In this document: piece by piece, positions 28,874 to 32,000 of the stretch
Numbering within the stretch: the first letter of the stretch is position 1
How the letters are laid out: every line of letters begins with the position of its first letter
NCBI RefSeq assembly: GCF_007748075.1
Contig: NZ_CP036280.1
Span: forward strand, 3,270,001 to 3,302,000
DNA: 32,000 nucleotides
Direction: 5' to 3'
DNA from: Mucisphaera calidilacus
GTDB lineage: Bacteria; Planctomycetota; Phycisphaerae; Phycisphaerales; Phycisphaeraceae
Made by a program: the position numbers and the translations under genes
Notes under the pieces: model-generated
Databases searched by the model: none
What the model saw: the letters and a program-made list of their open reading frames with translations, nothing else
Told to the model about the DNA's origin: nothing

Positions 28874-28972
28874 GCGTGGGATTCAGCGAAACAGGCGTGC
28901 TCAGCGGCCGCGACGGGTCGCAACGGCCAGAAGGCCGATCATGCCGGCACCGAACGCCGCGGGTGTCGGGAC
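28847..28972 (-). repeat. conserved 3-prime module, copy A (sorting-tail codons + spacer + terminator)
   Basis: About 126 bp, nearly identical to 30699-30825, with a handful of substitutions in the spacer and 4 in the 72-nt coding tail. The hairpin and the 72-nt coding tail are shared with 29759-29884. Confidence 0.8.
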
Positions 28973-29650
28973 GACATTGATGTTGATCGAGGTTGAGACG
29001 AGTTCTGCCGTGCCATCGAAGGCGGTCAGCGAGATCGTGTAGAGGCCCGGCGTGTTCGGATTGAAGCCGTCCAGCGGGGGCAGGTGGTTGAAAAACTCAT
29101 AATTCCAGGAGTTCTGCGCCACGTTGTTGCTGGAGAGAAGGGTCGCGTAATTCGCTGTATCGGAGATGCCGCCACCGTTGCCGGTCGCGTTGGTGCCCAG
29201 AGCGTGATCGGCGCTGGCCACGTTGATGGGATCGAAGGTGAGGAAGTTGGTGCCGGCACCCGGATCGACGTCGAGGCTGAGTTCGTAGGTGTACCCGCCA
29301 TCGAGGTTGACGCCGCTGCCATTGGCATCGGTGTTCACCGACCATTCAAAGTTCCAGATCGGTGTGGTCGGGCTGTTGGGGGCAAAACCAAAACCAGTCG
29401 GCGGGGTGCCTGGGGCGAAGCTGTAGGTGTCGACGCCGTCGTAGTTGAAGATGTTTTGCGGTTGGTTGTTGCTGTCGAAGCGGAGCTTGCCGCGCAAGCC
29501 GAGTTCCAGACTCCCGCCCACACCCGTTGCGACCGTGAAATCACCGTTCGCGTTGCCCGAGCCGAAGATCACCTCAGGCGTGACATTAGCGGCAAAAGCG
29601 GGGGCAGCAGCCACCAGGGCCGCAGCGGCGGATAGCGTGATTCTGTTCAT
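28901..29650 (-). CDS. secreted protein of unknown function with VPTPAA (PEP-CTERM-like) sorting tail
   Basis: Signal peptide MNRITLSAAAALVAAAPAFA, a G/N/T-rich beta-type body (VIFGSGNANGDFTV...), and the C-terminus VPTPAAFGAGMIGLLAVATRRGR. GAGGAA lies 6 nt upstream of the ATG. Confidence 0.75.
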   Translation of the reverse strand: MNRITLSAAAALVAAAPAFAANVTPEVIFGSGNANGDFTVATGVGGSLELGLRGKLRFDSNNQPQNIFNYDGVDTYSFAPGTPPTGFGFAPNSPTTPIWNFEWSVNTDANGSGVNLDGGYTYELSLDVDPGAGTNFLTFDPINVASADHALGTNATGNGGGISDTANYATLLSSNNVAQNSWNYEFFNHLPPLDGFNPNTPGLYTISLTAFDGTAELVSTSININVVPTPAAFGAGMIGLLAVATRRGR

Positions 29651-29698
29651 CTCTCATTCCTCTCAAAAGTGAATAAACAGTTGTTTTCCGATCACTTA

Positions 29699-29727
29699 AA
29701 GATAGCCCGACCGACGCCCGCATACAA
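29699..29727 (-). promoter_or_regulatory. possible sigma70-like promoter (TTGTAT-N17-TATCTT) for the 28901-29650 gene
   Basis: The minus strand reads TTGTAT (29727-29722), a 17-nt spacer, then TATCTT (29704-29699), about 50 nt upstream of the ATG. This is a motif match only, and promoter consensus in this lineage is unknown to me. Confidence 0.25.
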
Positions 29728-29758
29728 CGGTTTTTCCTGATTTTCGCCCTGGCCATAG

Positions 29759-29784
29759 AAAAAGCCCCGGATCGCTCCGGGGCT
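29759..29784 (-). terminator. intrinsic terminator (same hairpin as at 28847)
   Basis: Identical AGCCCCGG-AGCGAT-CCGGGGCT hairpin followed by a T-run on the minus strand. It lies 29 nt after the stop at 29813. Confidence 0.7.
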
Positions 29785-29884
29785 GCTGTCAAGCTGGGCT
29801 GTTCTGAACGTTTTACCGGCCGCGACGGGTCGCGACGGCCAGCAGGCCGATCATGCCGGCACCGAACGCCGCGGGCGTCGGGAC
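29759..29884 (-). repeat. conserved 3-prime module, copy B
   Basis: Same hairpin and same 72-nt tail (ccggccgcgacgggtcgcgacggccagcaggccgatcatgccggcaccgaacgccgcgggcgtcgggac). The spacer between the stop and the hairpin differs from copies A and C. The stop is TAA rather than TGA. Confidence 0.8.
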
Positions 29885-30532
29885 GATCGAGGTCGTGAAG
29901 TTGTGCGTGCCGGGTGTCGTCAGGCTCAGGGCCAACGCGAGTTCTTCGACGTCGTTGCCCGTCTCCAGGCTGTTAGCACCGCCGAACGTCCACTCGCTCG
30001 GATCGAATGTGCCGCTGGGATCCACGATGCTTGGGTTGCGGAACGAATACCCATCGGTGGTTTCCCACACCTTGCCTGTTCCATCGACGCCGAGTTCACC
30101 AAAGACATCCACGATGCTGGCGTCCGACCCGTCGCCGGTGGCCGGGCCGTCGAACAGGGCGATCACGTCGTCGCCGTTGATGAAGGCACCGAGTGCGAAG
30201 TTGTCGGGATCAAAGCCATAAGTGTCAAAGAAGGTGCCCGAGCCCGCGCTGTCACCCGACTCGTAGGAGATCACATAGGAGTCACCCGCTGCAAGGCTCC
30301 CCGACAGGACCGTCGAGGCTCCGCCGCCAAGGTTGGTGCTGCCGTTATTGAAGTTGCCGATCGAGAAGTTGGACAGGTCGATCGTGTCACCCGAGGTGTT
30401 GGTCAGCTCGACGAACTTGGGCAGGCCGCCCGGGAGCGTCGCGTCAACGACTTCAGAGATGATCAGCCCGCCGGCAAACGCACCGGAGGTCAGACCGAGG
30501 GCTGCGACGGCTGCGAGGCTCTGCTTGAACAT
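29813..30532 (-). CDS. secreted lamin-tail-domain (LTD) protein with VPTPAA sorting tail
   Basis: Start at ATG 30532 (MFKQSLAAVAALGLTSGAFAG), preceded by AGGAGA. GLIISEVVDATLPGGLPKFVELTNTSGDTIDLSNFSIG is the LTD opening. The C-terminus is VPTPAAFGAGMIGLLAVATRRGR. It is a clear paralog of the gene at 24872-25612. Confidence 0.8.
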   Translation of the reverse strand: MFKQSLAAVAALGLTSGAFAGGLIISEVVDATLPGGLPKFVELTNTSGDTIDLSNFSIGNFNNGSTNLGGGASTVLSGSLAAGDSYVISYESGDSAGSGTFFDTYGFDPDNFALGAFINGDDVIALFDGPATGDGSDASIVDVFGELGVDGTGKVWETTDGYSFRNPSIVDPSGTFDPSEWTFGGANSLETGNDVEELALALSLTTPGTHNFTTSIVPTPAAFGAGMIGLLAVATRRGR

Positions 30533-30698
30533 GTTTCTTCTCTCCTGAGTGTGAACGTGTAGATGAGCGCTGTTTACGCGGACACCATACATGCCTCGCC
30601 AGTTCGTTCGATGAGCGTGAGGTTAGATCTGCGTTAGGGAAGCGACACACACGTCAATCTGGCCTGACCGGGCAGAACAGGCAAAGGAGCGCCGGCGC

Positions 30699-30726
30699 AA
30701 AAAAAGCCCCGGATCGCTCCGGGGCT
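30699..30726 (-). terminator. intrinsic terminator (same hairpin, third copy)
   Basis: Identical hairpin followed by a T7 run on the minus strand. It lies 28 nt after the stop at 30754. Confidence 0.7.
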
Positions 30727-30825
30727 GTTCAGGATTCAATGAAACGGGCGTGCTCAGCGGCCGCGACGGGTCGCGACGGCCAGCAGGCCGATCATGCCGG
30801 CACCGAACGCCGCGGGCGTCGGGAC
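30699..30825 (-). repeat. conserved 3-prime module, copy C
   Basis: See copies A and B. The coding tail is identical to copy B apart from the stop codon, and the spacer is like copy A. Confidence 0.8.
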
Positions 30826-31659
30826 AACAGCAGGTGCTGCCGAGACAGACAGGTTATCGAAGTAGAGCCCGCCATCGTCGAGTGCCGCGACACCGCCGGT
30901 GTTGCTGCTGAAGTCCACGGGATTGACCACGCGGAAGATGACACTATCGATCGCAACGGGGCTGTTGTAGCCGCTGTACGTCTCCCAGGTGGTGGTCGAC
31001 GTGACCGAACCGTTGAGATCGATGCTGACGAGGTCGTTGGCCAGGCCATCGATGAAGGTCATATCAACCTCAACCGAGTGCCACGCGTCACGAGCCAGTC
31101 CGGTCGCGAGCTGAATGAAGTTGAACGAGCCGTTATCGACCTCCCACCAGCCCACAGAAAGACCGTCAGTGCCATCATCGGTAAAGCGAAGGATGCCCTG
31201 GCGGCTGGCTGTGCCTGCCTGGAAAGGCGTCACGTCGATCGAAAGCCCCTCCTGAACGGTGTCAAGGACCGAGCGGAAATCGAAACTGAAGCTGAAGGTG
31301 CCAGGCGTGCCAATCGTCCCGGTCTCGCCGACCGCGTCAACGGTGGGGGTCGAGGCGTGGGTGGTGTCGTAGTTGCCCGAAACCTTGGCGTTCGAGAGCC
31401 GGTAGGCCTTGCCGGACGACGTGCCGGTGTCCGCGATCTCGCCGTCGTACTGCGAACCGGGGACGCCGTTGTCAGCCAGACCCGATGAACCGTTGCCGCG
31501 CCAGTTGTTGCTGCCAGCAGCAGGGTCGGTGATCAGCGGGTTGGAACCCGTCGTGTCGCTGCCGAGCGAAAAGTTCTCGAAATCAGTGGTGTAGGAGGAC
31601 GCCGCCAACGTCGGGGCCGCCATGCAGGCGACAGCAGCCAATGTGCTAATACTTCTCAT
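30754..31659 (-). CDS. secreted protein, possibly with a concanavalin/LamG-like fold, with VPTPAA sorting tail
   Basis: Start at ATG 31659 (MRSISTLAAVACMAAPTLAAS), preceded by GAGGAA. The beta-rich body includes AWHSVEVDMTFIDGLANDLVSIDLNG and GLYFDNLSV. The C-terminus is VPTPAAFGAGMIGLLAVATRRGR. The fold assignment is tentative. Confidence 0.7.
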   Translation of the reverse strand: MRSISTLAAVACMAAPTLAASSYTTDFENFSLGSDTTGSNPLITDPAAGSNNWRGNGSSGLADNGVPGSQYDGEIADTGTSSGKAYRLSNAKVSGNYDTTHASTPTVDAVGETGTIGTPGTFSFSFDFRSVLDTVQEGLSIDVTPFQAGTASRQGILRFTDDGTDGLSVGWWEVDNGSFNFIQLATGLARDAWHSVEVDMTFIDGLANDLVSIDLNGSVTSTTTWETYSGYNSPVAIDSVIFRVVNPVDFSSNTGGVAALDDGGLYFDNLSVSAAPAVVPTPAAFGAGMIGLLAVATRRGR

Positions 31660-31728
31660 CTTCTGTTCCTCTCGTAGTGATGTAAGCGTTCCAGCAAGTG
31701 GACTCATGAAACGAGTCGCCCCACCAGA

Positions 31729-31757
31729 AACATAACCCATACTCACATATGAATCAA
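31729..31757 (-). promoter_or_regulatory. possible sigma70-like promoter (TTGATT-N17-TATGTT) for the 30754-31659 gene
   Basis: The minus strand reads TTGATT (31757-31752), a 17-nt spacer, then TATGTT (31734-31729), about 70 nt upstream of the ATG. Motif match only. Confidence 0.25.
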
Positions 31758-31805
31758 GGATTTTTTTGCGATTCAGTATCGACGCGTATCCCTAATATTA
31801 GGGGG

Positions 31806-32000
31806 TCAGGCGTTCTCTGGCTGCGTCGGGTCAGGGCGGAACAGGCGCGTCTCGAGCGCCCAGATCTTCTCGGTAAAGTCCCCGCCGAGTGCCGCTGGCT
31901 TGTTCAGGTCGTCGCGTTTGGCCGAGGTGATCGCCAGATTCAGCTTCGCGTCGGCATTGTCAAACAGCGAGATCGCGATCGCCTCGGGCGTCGCCGGGAT
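31806..32000 (-). CDS. C-terminal fragment of an unidentified protein (gene continues beyond 32000)
   Basis: Hand translation of the minus strand is open from 32000 to a TGA at 31808-31806: IPATPEAIAISLFDNADAKLNLAITSAKRDDLNKPAALGGDFTEKIWALETRLFRPDPTQPENA. Codon usage is like neighbouring genes. No family recognised. Confidence 0.45.
   Translation of the reverse strand: MPATPEAIAISLFDNADAKLNLAITSAKRDDLNKPAALGGDFTEKIWALETRLFRPDPTQPENA

Noticed and set aside
28847-30825. The three repeated 126-bp modules as a mobile element (MITE/IS remnants), or the region as a CRISPR-like array.
   Set aside because: No transposase, terminal inverted repeats or target-site duplications are present. The repeats are about 0.9 kb apart and each includes the in-frame end of a different protein-coding gene. 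That fits neither a CRISPR array nor an insertion sequence.

Overview
High-GC (about 70% in the few 60-nt lines I hand-counted) chromosomal region. It is dense with housekeeping genes and lies next to dnaA. The source is a Gram-negative bacterium, probably from the PVC group (Planctomycetota/Phycisphaerae-like). That guess rests on gene content: a MoxR/DUF58/BatA operon with N-terminal double-TM proteins, secreted prenyltransferase-repeat proteins, PEP-CTERM-like tails and lpxC/lpxD. It is not established.

Gene order: mutB (partial) and mutA (-); a DUF318/SO_0444-like permease and a small methyltransferase-like gene (+); a GlmU-like hexapeptide-repeat protein (-); dnaA (+); an AT-rich intergenic stretch with one perfect DnaA box (candidate oriC); mutM (-). 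Next comes an eight-gene, tightly overlapping + strand operon (8533-21177) of MoxR ATPase, DUF58, a BatA-like protein, a vWA membrane protein, a 1147-aa coiled-coil membrane protein, a small secreted P/Q-rich protein, a secreted alpha/alpha-toroid (prenyltransferase-repeat) protein and another secreted protein. After that: ppk1 (+); two tandem divergent AdoMetDC-like paralogs (-); a lamin-tail-domain (LTD) protein with a VPTPAA C-terminal sorting tail (+); a 2Fe-2S ferredoxin (+); lpxC-lpxD-skp (-); three monocistronic secreted proteins (-); and a partial gene at the right edge.

The three monocistronic genes share an almost identical VPTPAAFGAGMIGLLAVATRRGR tail and an identical intrinsic terminator.

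By eye I found no rRNA, tRNA, CRISPR array, transposase, integrase or recognisable defence gene. The best candidates for undescribed biology are:
- the extended MoxR-vWA envelope operon;
- the non-canonical AdoMetDC-like gene pair;
- the VPTPAA-CTERM protein set with its concerted 3-prime module.

All functional calls come from motif recognition in the supplied translations. No database search was run.
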